A DNA stretch of 64,000 bases from positions 1 through 64,000 of IMG/VR virus record IMGVR_UViG_3300035698_016128, one strand, 5' to 3'. The DNA is from a virus. The notes under the pieces are model-generated. The model saw only the letters and a program-made list of their open reading frames with translations. It ran no database searches and was not told where the DNA came from. Of this stretch, positions 17,960 through 27,707 are shown piece after piece. Position 1 is the stretch's first letter, and each line of letters starts with the position of its first letter. The position numbers were made by a program, and so were the translations under genes.

Positions 17960-18385
17960 TTATTCGGGAGGTAGATTCTTCCCCTTGCCCGTAGACGGAT
18001 TAAGCCTATAGCCAATACCGCAACTCGGGCACCTGTAGATAAACTCCTTGCCGCCACAACAAGGCTTCTTCTTTACGAGGTCAATTTTACACCTGCTGCA
18101 CTTGACTCCAATAGAACCACCGGCCTCTCCAGCTTCTTGAGGTTGCTCAGTCTCCCCCCCAATAACATCCATCTTTTCTGGAACCTTACTGAACATTCTT
18201 TGAATGCCACCCCACATGGCATTACACCAATGCGAAACAGAAACTACATTCTCGAGATCAATGGCTGGGATATTCTCCCTATCCTTTATTTCGAAGGAGA
18301 TGCTACTCAAATAGTTTCCTGTGAACTCAAACTTGACTTTGAAAAAATCATCCTCAATGTTCCTCACAACCTTTTCATCGGCCAT
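17960..18385 (-). CDS. Hypothetical protein with a C-terminal Zn-ribbon (CxxC..CCG..CPxCG)
   Basis: CSRC...PCCGG...RCPSCG; AGGAG SD. Confidence 0.7.
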   Translation of the reverse strand: MADEKVVRNIEDDFFKVKFEFTGNYLSSISFEIKDRENIPAIDLENVVSVSHWCNAMWGGIQRMFSKVPEKMDVIGGETEQPQEAGEAGGSIGVKCSRCKIDLVKKKPCCGGKEFIYRCPSCGIGYRLNPSTGKGKNLPPE

Positions 18386-18406
18386 ACCTTAACTCCTTTT
18401 TATAAT

Positions 18407-20431
18407 TTACGATAATATACCCTCAACTTCGCCAACAAAAAATGCGGAAGTTCTAAGATCAGGGACATATTCCCAAGTATACAACGGTTCACCAACTGGC
18501 GCAAGTGCGCCGCCAGTTAAAATCCAATTTGTATATGATAGGACATATGTATTATTCCTGCTAGTGGCAATAGCAAAACCAGGATTGCCAGCATCAAAAG
18601 ACAATAAGCATGCCACTTCATTATTTATATCAAGCGGGTCAGGTAGCCCTTCAGCTAATGACAGATGTGTACCCAAGGCATTTGTACATTGAAAATGATC
18701 AGACCCCCACTTATAAAAATAAGACATACCTGCTTCAGTTTTCAATATTGAACTTTGTAAAACCCAAGATCCATTATCCGGATTTTCTCCAGTTGGTGTT
18801 CCAGGCTCAGAAAATGAAAACCCATGAGCTTGTATTTGTGAATATGTAACTGTATGTTCCCAATCAAAAGCATCAATATAAAAATCATATCTTGTTCTCG
18901 TTATTTTATTGGCGTATTTGTCATCGCCCATTACAACTTCTTGTTTTGAAGCTGTGAAGTTATTAGTCGAAGCTTTATTATCACAATAGGTTCCAAAATT
19001 CAACCAATACCAGCCAGCGTGCCTATTAGTCCACCCTTCAGAGTTTTCTATTGTTCGTATTGGGCTTCCTACCGAATAATCATTCGATAAAGCATTCACA
19101 GAAGCACGATATATATCTATACCGGGAGACCATATAGCCGTTCCACTTTGGGTTGATGGGGCGGAAACGGTATACTGTTGAGTCTCACCATATGGAGCAG
19201 TACATTCCTCACAATCTAAAAGAGCAACATCGGCTGTACACCCCGTACCAGATTTATAATGTGTTTGCTTATACCCATTGCTCCCTCTATAGCCAACGAA
19301 ATACACCTGCGGGGTTCCAGTTTTTTCTAAATACATACCAAAAGGAATAGGCCCGCCAAACTCTTGACACCCAGTTACGTTTACTGCCCCAGGAGTGATT
19401 GTAAATGTAATATTTGAATCACATACTGCTGGATCAGTAAAACATGGGTCTGTTCTAGGTGGCGTGTTTATACATACATCATACGGATGTGTTTCGTAAC
19501 AAGTATGAGGTACTTCTACCCACGAGGTACAAACAAAATCATGATACAGCCCGCAGTAAAGACTACCACATTCCTCAATAGTGCTACAATTATGTCCCGG
19601 CCAACCATCACAATATCCAGCGGCACACTTTGTTATATAATAATCAATTGCTTCTGGTTGCCATTCATCGCCAAAACAACTTCTAGGATCGCTTGTATAA
19701 ACGCAGCTATTGGTAAAAACATAATCATTTGGTTTTGGTATTGTCGAAGTAACTGGGTCGCCATCATACGGATAGGAATCGCCATCACAATTTGTGGCCC
19801 TATAGTGATCGTCATCGACCTGCTGATACAACCCATAATAATATATATTCTCAACAGTCAAGCTGTATGTAATCTCATTTACATTAACAATGACAAAAGC
19901 ATATTTACCAGCAATGTATTCACCATCGTACGAATTCATCTGTAAGGTGACACCTATACGAAAAGGGTAGCCATCAGCAAAGTCAATAGAAAGACATGTA
20001 TTTACTCCATTCCAATTAGAAACACTTCCACCATATTCATTTATATATATCTGTCTAATGGCATATTCTATATCTTTACTTTTATATTGTTCGTTGAATC
20101 TTATTCTTAAATCGCCACTTTCATAATATGCCATACAGAAAAACGAATGGCACTTCTTAGCACCGTCCGCATGCCCAACAACTCGTGTAGGATTTACATA
20201 TTCATCAACCTCTATTAATACAAGATCGCCAACTGCATACACAGAACGAGGCGAACTGGGATCAACACCGCTATTACAATTATAGACCCAAGGAAGTATA
20301 AACTCTTCTGCATCATCCTCTCCAGGTCTGGTGAACGATACAGTAACGCTGATTTCTTCACTGACTTCGATCACATTAGCTGTGCGAAATAAAACCTTAC
20401 ACACATTATCATATGGATTTACAAGCGCCAT
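18407..20431 (-). CDS. Cys-rich tail-tip protein, candidate receptor-binding protein
   Basis: N-terminal OB-like segment (YNCN...VGDLVLIE...VVGHADGAKKC); dense Cys in the central region; tail-tip position. Confidence 0.6.
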   Translation of the reverse strand: MALVNPYDNVCKVLFRTANVIEVSEEISVTVSFTRPGEDDAEEFILPWVYNCNSGVDPSSPRSVYAVGDLVLIEVDEYVNPTRVVGHADGAKKCHSFFCMAYYESGDLRIRFNEQYKSKDIEYAIRQIYINEYGGSVSNWNGVNTCLSIDFADGYPFRIGVTLQMNSYDGEYIAGKYAFVIVNVNEITYSLTVENIYYYGLYQQVDDDHYRATNCDGDSYPYDGDPVTSTIPKPNDYVFTNSCVYTSDPRSCFGDEWQPEAIDYYITKCAAGYCDGWPGHNCSTIEECGSLYCGLYHDFVCTSWVEVPHTCYETHPYDVCINTPPRTDPCFTDPAVCDSNITFTITPGAVNVTGCQEFGGPIPFGMYLEKTGTPQVYFVGYRGSNGYKQTHYKSGTGCTADVALLDCEECTAPYGETQQYTVSAPSTQSGTAIWSPGIDIYRASVNALSNDYSVGSPIRTIENSEGWTNRHAGWYWLNFGTYCDNKASTNNFTASKQEVVMGDDKYANKITRTRYDFYIDAFDWEHTVTYSQIQAHGFSFSEPGTPTGENPDNGSWVLQSSILKTEAGMSYFYKWGSDHFQCTNALGTHLSLAEGLPDPLDINNEVACLLSFDAGNPGFAIATSRNNTYVLSYTNWILTGGALAPVGEPLYTWEYVPDLRTSAFFVGEVEGILS

Positions 20432-20435
20432 TTCT

Positions 20436-21326
20436 CTACTCCTGTTTATAGTATGGCCCTATAAAATACGTTTCGTCATCAATACTTGGCTCATCAACTG
20501 ATTCAGAAGTTATTGGATTTTCAAAATCATTGTATGTTTCATTTGGGAAATGTGTACCCTTTTTTATAATCATTACATCGTCACCGTATTGCCAATCATA
20601 GTCATCAGTGGAGAACAAACTTGCCGTAATAAGAATCAGTCCATCCACTGCTGTACTATCTGCATCCCTTGAATAAAATCTAACACTATATTTAGGAGGA
20701 TTGGTTTGTATTTTTGAAAGTACAGTACCGCCAGTGAATCCAGTAGTCTGATATAGTACCTCGCCAAGCTCTTTTTGTGCTGTCACGCCCCCGCAACTTA
20801 CATCCCGGAAATATCCAAAAACCTTATACACCTGCCCAGGAACTAAGCCAGAATTCCTATGGATTGATTCGTTACCTGCGGCGTGACCACCATCCGAACC
20901 GCCAATGCCACAGCCGAAACAATATTCGTCATTCCTATAATCACCAACAGGGTATACGGCAACATCTCTATCGCCAGTTCGCTCATGTATATATTCAGTT
21001 CTGGTGTAGCCATACCACCAATTGAAACTCGTAAGTTCTATTTTCTGTAAAACGCATTCATCAGGGTTTGACCATGTAATGTCTATGGTGCATGAGCCTG
21101 TGTCTTCCCAGAGCAAATCATCTACAGCATATTCACACCCGCACTCTTCCCCCTCAGGACACATACCGACACTGGCAATCTCCCCCTGCACGCAGTTTGC
21201 ATCAAGCTCGCACATGAACACGGTGATTTCCTCACCCGTGCCGCTCGTGCCGCTGGTCTTAAACTCATATGATACAGAATCATCCGCAACCTCAAGCGGA
21301 CACATTCCAATTTCATACCTTGACAT
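20436..21326 (-). CDS. Tail-tip protein with a Cys/acidic N-terminus
   Basis: Position in the tail cluster; GGGGA SD; C-terminal OB-like segment. Confidence 0.6.
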   Translation of the reverse strand: MSRYEIGMCPLEVADDSVSYEFKTSGTSGTGEEITVFMCELDANCVQGEIASVGMCPEGEECGCEYAVDDLLWEDTGSCTIDITWSNPDECVLQKIELTSFNWWYGYTRTEYIHERTGDRDVAVYPVGDYRNDEYCFGCGIGGSDGGHAAGNESIHRNSGLVPGQVYKVFGYFRDVSCGGVTAQKELGEVLYQTTGFTGGTVLSKIQTNPPKYSVRFYSRDADSTAVDGLILITASLFSTDDYDWQYGDDVMIIKKGTHFPNETYNDFENPITSESVDEPSIDDETYFIGPYYKQE

Positions 21327-21328
21327 TG

Positions 21329-22117
21329 CTAATCCCCGCTTGAAACTATGAAGCTGTCATTATCAAGGAGATCACCGTCAGTAGGTGTATACTGTGGATG
21401 GGTACCTTTAATTTCATGCGAGCCTGCGCCAAGTAATCCTATATAAAGCTCACCGGTCGGGCCTGTTTGCCCACGGGCAATGCCATCCACCAAAACGGTT
21501 ACGCCCTCAATAACTTCCCCCGTCTTAAAATTCTTAAACAAGAGTGTAACGTCGTTGCCACCCTCTTCACAATCGTTGCTGAACTCAACCGAGACACTAG
21601 CTGAAGCGTCTTTACATTCGCCACGACCGACGGCAAAGAAAAGAACTTTGCCCAGCTCAGGGGAAGTAAATTTCCAACGATCAAAAGAAGTAGTATATGT
21701 CAACCGCAATACACCAAAACCACTACCCCTTTCTTCAGTCGCCAAGAGCTGATTCGTTCCGCTTTCATTTCGAACTACCCCAAGATCATCTCCAACCCAC
21801 TCACGCCCTCCCATAGATTTAACAGGATATGCAGTTGTAGCTGACCAGTTTGAAAATTCAATAAGCTCTTTAACAATTGTATCTCCAACACCCTTATTAT
21901 CAACTGTAGGATTACCAAGCGTAGCCCCGGCAGTATACGAATTTCCTTTCGGAGCATACACTCTAGCAAATACGATATCCCCAGGAGCGAAGCAGGTACG
22001 GCCCATATTATATTCAGAATCAAGCGTTACAGATATTTGACACTCTGCCGCTTCTGAAACATTCTCACAAGATGTCGCAATAGGTATTGAGAGTGAACCC
22101 TTAGCACGCTCTGCCAT
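21329..22117 (-). CDS. Tail-tip protein (paralogous domain family, copy 3)
   Basis: Shares YP...W.GD...GV..(I/L)TY with the two upstream genes; C-terminal prealbumin/PEGA-like segment. Confidence 0.65.
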   Translation of the reverse strand: MAERAKGSLSIPIATSCENVSEAAECQISVTLDSEYNMGRTCFAPGDIVFARVYAPKGNSYTAGATLGNPTVDNKGVGDTIVKELIEFSNWSATTAYPVKSMGGREWVGDDLGVVRNESGTNQLLATEERGSGFGVLRLTYTTSFDRWKFTSPELGKVLFFAVGRGECKDASASVSVEFSNDCEEGGNDVTLLFKNFKTGEVIEGVTVLVDGIARGQTGPTGELYIGLLGAGSHEIKGTHPQYTPTDGDLLDNDSFIVSSGD

Positions 22118-23247
22118 TACTCATTCTCCTCTGCGTAAAGCACAGCGCCACCACTTTCAGCTATCAGAACGCCATAGCTTGTGTATTGTGTGACGTAGGT
22201 TATGTGCAAGACACCGAACCCCTCGACTGCGGCATTTATAGTACTGAACCCTGATGTCCAAGAAATTGCACCAAGATCATCGCCGTGCCAAACAGCGCTT
22301 GTGATTGAATGAATGGGGTAAGCCGTTGCACCCTGCCCATCACTGAAGAAGATAGTTTCAGTCTTAACCTCAGTGTATACTCCATTGTGAAAAAAAGAGC
22401 CAATGGTTGTGTCAAACGTGTAATCTAAATCTGTTGGCGAAGCAAACACCTTGACGGCAAACTCCTGGCCTGCGGCAACACAGGAAGATTCACTGTCCAA
22501 TTCAATGTTGATTGATTGCGACTGCGTATCAATGCCATCCTGGAAACCAATGACCCTGACACGGTTGTACCCTACTGCGTTCTCGATGCGCTCATTCGTT
22601 TGAAGAATGTTATCAATGTCGGTGAACTCAACAACAGGGTCTAGGAAATCAGTGCTGTAAGTCTTGTAGTCAATTATAAGGTTTCCATCAGGGCCACTAC
22701 GAACACGCCCACCGGGAACAGATGCGAGCTTGCTAATGATCTTTATTGGGGTGTCATTCTCGACGCTGAAATTATTGCTGTACACACTGAAATCGTCAAT
22801 CAGGAATTGAACAGTTATCCCAGTGCCTATCAGAAGATAATCAACGATAGCACTTGCCTGCCTCACCACAGCAGGCAGTTGCCAATAGTTACCGCTGGTC
22901 GCCGTGTCAGAAATAGGTGAAGTGTATGGCATATCAAGAAGAGCGGCCTTCGACCTACCCCATACCGTAAAGCTCACACCCTGAGCAACGACTGAACTTG
23001 TGCGCTTCTCCAGAAGGAATTTGTAATCAACCCCATTAATCGTTATGGTAATACGCTCAGTCCCCCAATTTGTTTCAGGATTGCATACGGTGTTGAACAG
23101 TTCCCATGCATTCGTCTTGAACGCCATGGTGCACTCGTTGACATATGAGTCTTCACTCATACCAATATCAACAGATTCGACGTAACTCGAAATAGAAACG
23201 CCATCAATCTTGATACTGACTGTGTACGTAACTTCATTCTCGTACAT
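22117..23247 (-). CDS. Tail hub-like protein with the paralogous C-terminal domain (copy 2)
   Basis: N-terminal hub-like region (FTVWGRSKAALLD, VRSGPDGNLII) plus the shared domain. Confidence 0.6.
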   Translation of the reverse strand: MYENEVTYTVSIKIDGVSISSYVESVDIGMSEDSYVNECTMAFKTNAWELFNTVCNPETNWGTERITITINGVDYKFLLEKRTSSVVAQGVSFTVWGRSKAALLDMPYTSPISDTATSGNYWQLPAVVRQASAIVDYLLIGTGITVQFLIDDFSVYSNNFSVENDTPIKIISKLASVPGGRVRSGPDGNLIIDYKTYSTDFLDPVVEFTDIDNILQTNERIENAVGYNRVRVIGFQDGIDTQSQSINIELDSESSCVAAGQEFAVKVFASPTDLDYTFDTTIGSFFHNGVYTEVKTETIFFSDGQGATAYPIHSITSAVWHGDDLGAISWTSGFSTINAAVEGFGVLHITYVTQYTSYGVLIAESGGAVLYAEENE

Positions 23248-23264
23248 AATGTGGTGTCCTATTA

Positions 23265-23888
23265 TTAAACGTCATTATCAAGAACTTCATGTACATAAGC
23301 GACCACCTTGCCAGCTTCAGGCGAGTTACAAACGTAGGTTTCAAACCTGGAAGTATATGTGATAGAAATGACCCCATACGTAACACCGCATTCTGCCCCC
23401 CCATCAGGGCTCCCAGAGCACGAAGGGCATACAAGGGTGTTCCTACCCTGCGAATACTGAACGGACGCTATAGGACAAGGGCTATCGCCTGACCAGCTAA
23501 TTGAACCAACACTGTAGATTGGGTAATTCGTGCTGCCTTCCCCTTCCGAAATTACGACTTCCTCAGTCTTCGTCACGTACCCGTAACCTGCATGATATAC
23601 GTATGAGACAATGTCCCTATCCGCTGTCACATCTTCACTGTTAGAGTATGTATTTCCGTTTGCGCCGTTGTATTGGTAAATGGTGCCGTTTGTAATGGAT
23701 ATTGTAGAATCATCTTTCATTGTAAGGGGCGAGAAAAAGATTCGAAGATAGATATCCTGATTCGAAAGGAAGCAGGTGTCACTATTGAGATTGTCGTCAA
23801 GCTCCAACTTGATTGAATCAGTCGGTGCAGTTGCGCACGATTCTACAACAGTGATCGTAAGAGATCCAGTGGTTCTCGTTTCAGCCAT
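23265..23888 (-). CDS. Tail-tip protein (paralogous domain family, copy 1)
   Basis: GSLTI...LELD...TCF and YPIYS...WSGD...GVISITY motifs shared with neighbours; AGGAG SD. Confidence 0.65.
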   Translation of the reverse strand: MAETRTTGSLTITVVESCATAPTDSIKLELDDNLNSDTCFLSNQDIYLRIFFSPLTMKDDSTISITNGTIYQYNGANGNTYSNSEDVTADRDIVSYVYHAGYGYVTKTEEVVISEGEGSTNYPIYSVGSISWSGDSPCPIASVQYSQGRNTLVCPSCSGSPDGGAECGVTYGVISITYTSRFETYVCNSPEAGKVVAYVHEVLDNDV

Positions 23889-23900
23889 GAGAATGTCTCC

Positions 23901-26900
23901 TTATGAAAAGATAATCTTGTAAATCCTAGGTTTGCCAAGCAACGCATTGCGAAGCGTCACTTCGATATCCACTGGATTATAATTAAGCACATCATACCTT
24001 ATTACCTCGACCTGATCAATCGCGCTCATAAGGTTATACGATAATGCGAAGTCTCTGTTAATCACACCAGCTATAGGAATGATCATGATTGAATCCGCAG
24101 TAACCTCAATGCTATACCGCACGCCCCATTCTGTACCGATCGTAGACTCAATCTCATTAAGCAGAATTGTTATCCTGTCAACATCTGTCATGCCAACCGG
24201 CACAGTTCCTATATCATTAAGCAATATTATGATGTTGCTAATGTATTCACGTGCCACAGGAATAGTGCCAATGTCATTCAAGAATACTGAAACCCCATCA
24301 ACATACTCCATCATTGAATTAACCATGACGAAGTCTGGCTGTACCAAGATAGGTATATTTATAATATCAGTGTCATAAACAAGAGTATTAAGTGGATACT
24401 TAATAGTCCAATCCCGATTAAGAAGCAGTTTCCACAGAAGCCCTGTATCATCAACGAACCGCTCTGTTATGGGCCAATTAAGAATGGTATCTTTTTTAAA
24501 CTGAGCGATAATATCCCAACTGATTGTATTATCAGTTGCGAGATTAATACTCCATAATAATGTTTTCTCAGAATCAACATCAAGCACGAGGCGATTCCGA
24601 AGAATGAAATCACTTGCCAATGGTATTTGCCACAAGAGAATCGTATCAACGCTATGGTACGCCTCAAAAATCATATTTCGTAATATAGAATCCTGGCTAC
24701 GGTACGAAGTTAAAGGCATTTGTAGAATACTATCTTGATCTTTTGTCACCGTAAGAGGCCAAGATAAAATAAAATCTCTAGGCGGAGGTACTGGAGGTAC
24801 TGGCGCTGTATACTCTTCAGCATTAACTATAAGACCGAGAAGATGAGTATCATCCTCGGCATTTGTTGTAATAGCAGATAAATTATATGCATCATCAGAA
24901 GTATATACAGACCTATCGGCATCTTCTATAAACCGAGCAGTGTTTGGAGAGTTTGCGAGGAAGTTCCAAAAAATACCGCCGCCCAACACATCAGTAGACT
25001 TAAAGGCAACCCAATATGTTTCCCCGGCAGTAAGCTCTGGTTGATTTTCTAACCACATGAAGCGAATAAAATCATTCATATATGATGTACTATTACAGCC
25101 CCAATCACTATTTAAAAGACCGCTTGTGCCATTGGAAACAACTGTTCCAACTCCATTCTCCCCAACTACATTTCTTATCTCAGCATAGACACTATTATTC
25201 GTTCCAATATGTACTCCACTAATACCAGCTGGAGTAGAAACACTATGCAACTTAAAGACATTACCCTCTGTCTCAGCGTCTGGCATCTTAATCTTCTGGA
25301 AAATATACCTTTCCGTAGCATCATAGAATGTTCTTACTCTTTCATTACCAAAATTTGTCAATCCCTTTAGAGACTGATGGTTGATAATTGTCTTGACATC
25401 TTCAGTCGGTATAACCCAAGTCCTGTGTTGAAAGTCAGCATCCCCATAGTCCCAACTCAGCCCATCACCATCTATTGCGGTACTTGGTTCATCGTTTGAA
25501 TATCCGCCTGGAGCAAGATAATTACCAAGCTGACCACTTCCCTTGGATGTGTACCCACCAACAGACCAATAATTATTTGTATCATAACCATCTGCATACA
25601 AAACTATCCAATACTTTGTATTTGCTACAACATTTAAACCTTCACTACTAAAATCTAAATCCCTGACTTCCCACCTAGTACCAGCCCAAAACGTATCACT
25701 TTCTGCACTTGTAGTATCAGCAATTACTCCAACATCTTTTACCAAAGTCCCTATTTTGCACGTGCTTCCTTCGTCTACATTGTGAACCTTACAACGCAAT
25801 TCACCAGGAGACCCCAATGGCATTCCCTGAAGTTCAATACGATCGAGAACACCACTAACTGTTGGAATTATGGCAAATGCACGATATATATTCGTTGTTG
25901 CATAACCAATCTTATCATTAGAAGCACCATACCGCCCAATGTACCAACTTGACTGATCAGCTATGCATTTTATTGTCGTAGATGGAATAGAATCAAGCGG
26001 CTCTCCATGAAAGGAATAGACCGCTGGAGAATAGTTGACACTGTCTGTTCTGACTCTGTCAGTATTGACTGTAAAGAGATCACCAGCAGTATTTTGATCA
26101 TATGATACTTTAACATCATAAGCAGCATTAAATGTATCTGTCTCAAATAAAACATAATAATCTGTATTTGGTTCTAATACAGGTCTATCTTCTACTTTAT
26201 CCCAACGAAAAATAGCCGGAGGTGCTTCTAGATTATCGCCGAAGAAATTCATCGCTACTTCAGCATTGCGACAAACAACCTCTTCGCCAAAATTGGTGCT
26301 ATCTGTTTCGACCTTGAAAAATTTAGGGTAAACAAAATTATAGGCATATTCTATTTCAAAATGCATAGACCAAACAAAATCTTCTATGCGCCAATATTTT
26401 CCATCATCAGGCGTTGTTATTTTAAAGGCAATATTTCTTTCATCAGTATTGTGGCCCCAATTAACATAATCAGTACCAGGATCCTTACAACTGCTATGAC
26501 TAAGCATGGTCTCGGTAGTATCGTGCGTAGTTAAAATCTGTAAGGCAGGTTGTTCATCGGTAAGTGCGGTCCAGGTAGTTCCAGAATTTCCAGTTCGAAA
26601 CATATTATAAGTATTACCACCGGATAAGCCACTATTCATTCCAATATCTATTTGAGTATAACTTGCAATATAATAACATTCAGTTCCAGATGGAGTACCG
26701 CCAATCGCATCACAAACAATATAATACTTTACTCTAGGAATTAATGAAATTGCATCAGAAGAAAAGTCTACTTCTATCCATTCATAATCAGCATCATCAA
26801 CACTCGCAGCCGTAACTGTCTCAACAGATGATAATAGCGTTTCTGGCTTTGAAAAATTAGTATATGGAGCACTCCTATGTGCACTATAGATACTTACAGA

Positions 26901-27644
26901 TATATCTTGTGGTGTACCAACTTTTTTAAGCCTAAATTTAACCTTATTTAATACAGAACCTTCCATCCCAACCTGAAAGGGCCAACAGATACCCTCGTAC
27001 CCCACACCACCAGCTAGGTTATAAGTTGTTTTTTCATCACCATCAGTGCGCTCGGTAATGGTTGTATAAGCGACTAAATCAGGAGCAGGATCGACCCACT
27101 CTATATGCAACTCTGCTATTTCACTTGCGGAATCATATTCATACGCCGACCAATCATGGTCGTAATCAGTATTATTCGGAAGACCTACGCTTAAAACCTT
27201 GATAATTAAAGCCTCGCCAGCAAAACCTGCACGATCCACAATTTCCTGAATAATAGATGTTATATCTGAAGAATCTTCAACTGCACCATCTGAATAGGTT
27301 CCAGGATTCCAATTTACACTTGCTGTAGTAGTGGCGAGTGCTTTCCACGCTGAAGAACTTGCGGGGGCAGAAGGATTATCCTCATCAACGCCCCATACTT
27401 TAAGGTAATCTTCCCCACCGCCAGATTCACGAGTAGAATTAGCTGTAACACGAATGAACGCAGAGGAAATGACAGCACCCTGCGGAATATCCACACTATT
27501 AAACCTGACTCCAACCTGTTTATAGGTGCCACCAACCACAGCAACGGATATTGCTGTAGCAGAATTATCAAAAAATGTTCCCTCGGAGAGATCCCCGCAC
27601 CAATCATCTCCACCAGCAGCCGGGTAAAAGATTCCACTACCCAT
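23901..27644 (-). CDS. Large modular tail or receptor-binding protein (about four beta-sandwich-like repeats, Pro linker, short-repeat C-terminus)
   Basis: VRFNSVDIPQGAVISSA N-domain; four modules ending in (Y/K)Y(Y/W)(I/V)V-like strands; PVPPVPPP linker; ILxW repeats. Confidence 0.7.
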   Translation of the reverse strand: MGSGIFYPAAGGDDWCGDLSEGTFFDNSATAISVAVVGGTYKQVGVRFNSVDIPQGAVISSAFIRVTANSTRESGGGEDYLKVWGVDEDNPSAPASSSAWKALATTTASVNWNPGTYSDGAVEDSSDITSIIQEIVDRAGFAGEALIIKVLSVGLPNNTDYDHDWSAYEYDSASEIAELHIEWVDPAPDLVAYTTITERTDGDEKTTYNLAGGVGYEGICWPFQVGMEGSVLNKVKFRLKKVGTPQDISVSIYSAHRSAPYTNFSKPETLLSSVETVTAASVDDADYEWIEVDFSSDAISLIPRVKYYIVCDAIGGTPSGTECYYIASYTQIDIGMNSGLSGGNTYNMFRTGNSGTTWTALTDEQPALQILTTHDTTETMLSHSSCKDPGTDYVNWGHNTDERNIAFKITTPDDGKYWRIEDFVWSMHFEIEYAYNFVYPKFFKVETDSTNFGEEVVCRNAEVAMNFFGDNLEAPPAIFRWDKVEDRPVLEPNTDYYVLFETDTFNAAYDVKVSYDQNTAGDLFTVNTDRVRTDSVNYSPAVYSFHGEPLDSIPSTTIKCIADQSSWYIGRYGASNDKIGYATTNIYRAFAIIPTVSGVLDRIELQGMPLGSPGELRCKVHNVDEGSTCKIGTLVKDVGVIADTTSAESDTFWAGTRWEVRDLDFSSEGLNVVANTKYWIVLYADGYDTNNYWSVGGYTSKGSGQLGNYLAPGGYSNDEPSTAIDGDGLSWDYGDADFQHRTWVIPTEDVKTIINHQSLKGLTNFGNERVRTFYDATERYIFQKIKMPDAETEGNVFKLHSVSTPAGISGVHIGTNNSVYAEIRNVVGENGVGTVVSNGTSGLLNSDWGCNSTSYMNDFIRFMWLENQPELTAGETYWVAFKSTDVLGGGIFWNFLANSPNTARFIEDADRSVYTSDDAYNLSAITTNAEDDTHLLGLIVNAEEYTAPVPPVPPPRDFILSWPLTVTKDQDSILQMPLTSYRSQDSILRNMIFEAYHSVDTILLWQIPLASDFILRNRLVLDVDSEKTLLWSINLATDNTISWDIIAQFKKDTILNWPITERFVDDTGLLWKLLLNRDWTIKYPLNTLVYDTDIINIPILVQPDFVMVNSMMEYVDGVSVFLNDIGTIPVAREYISNIIILLNDIGTVPVGMTDVDRITILLNEIESTIGTEWGVRYSIEVTADSIMIIPIAGVINRDFALSYNLMSAIDQVEVIRYDVLNYNPVDIEVTLRNALLGKPRIYKIIFS

Positions 27645-27669
27645 TTCGTTCTACCTTTAAACAAGCAAT

Positions 27670-27697
27670 GGGACGTAGCCACCCGTGGCTACGCCCC
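27670..27697 (-). terminator. Hairpin downstream of the 330-aa tail gene (terminator or stabilising stem)
   Basis: CGTAGCCA-cccg-TGGCTACG perfect stem with GGG/CCC extension; weak U-tract. Confidence 0.55.
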
Positions 27698-27707
27698 GTT
27701 TAACCGC

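Noticed and set aside
18407-20431. Multiheme cytochrome in the Cys-rich protein
   Set aside because: No CxxCH motifs and no signal peptide.
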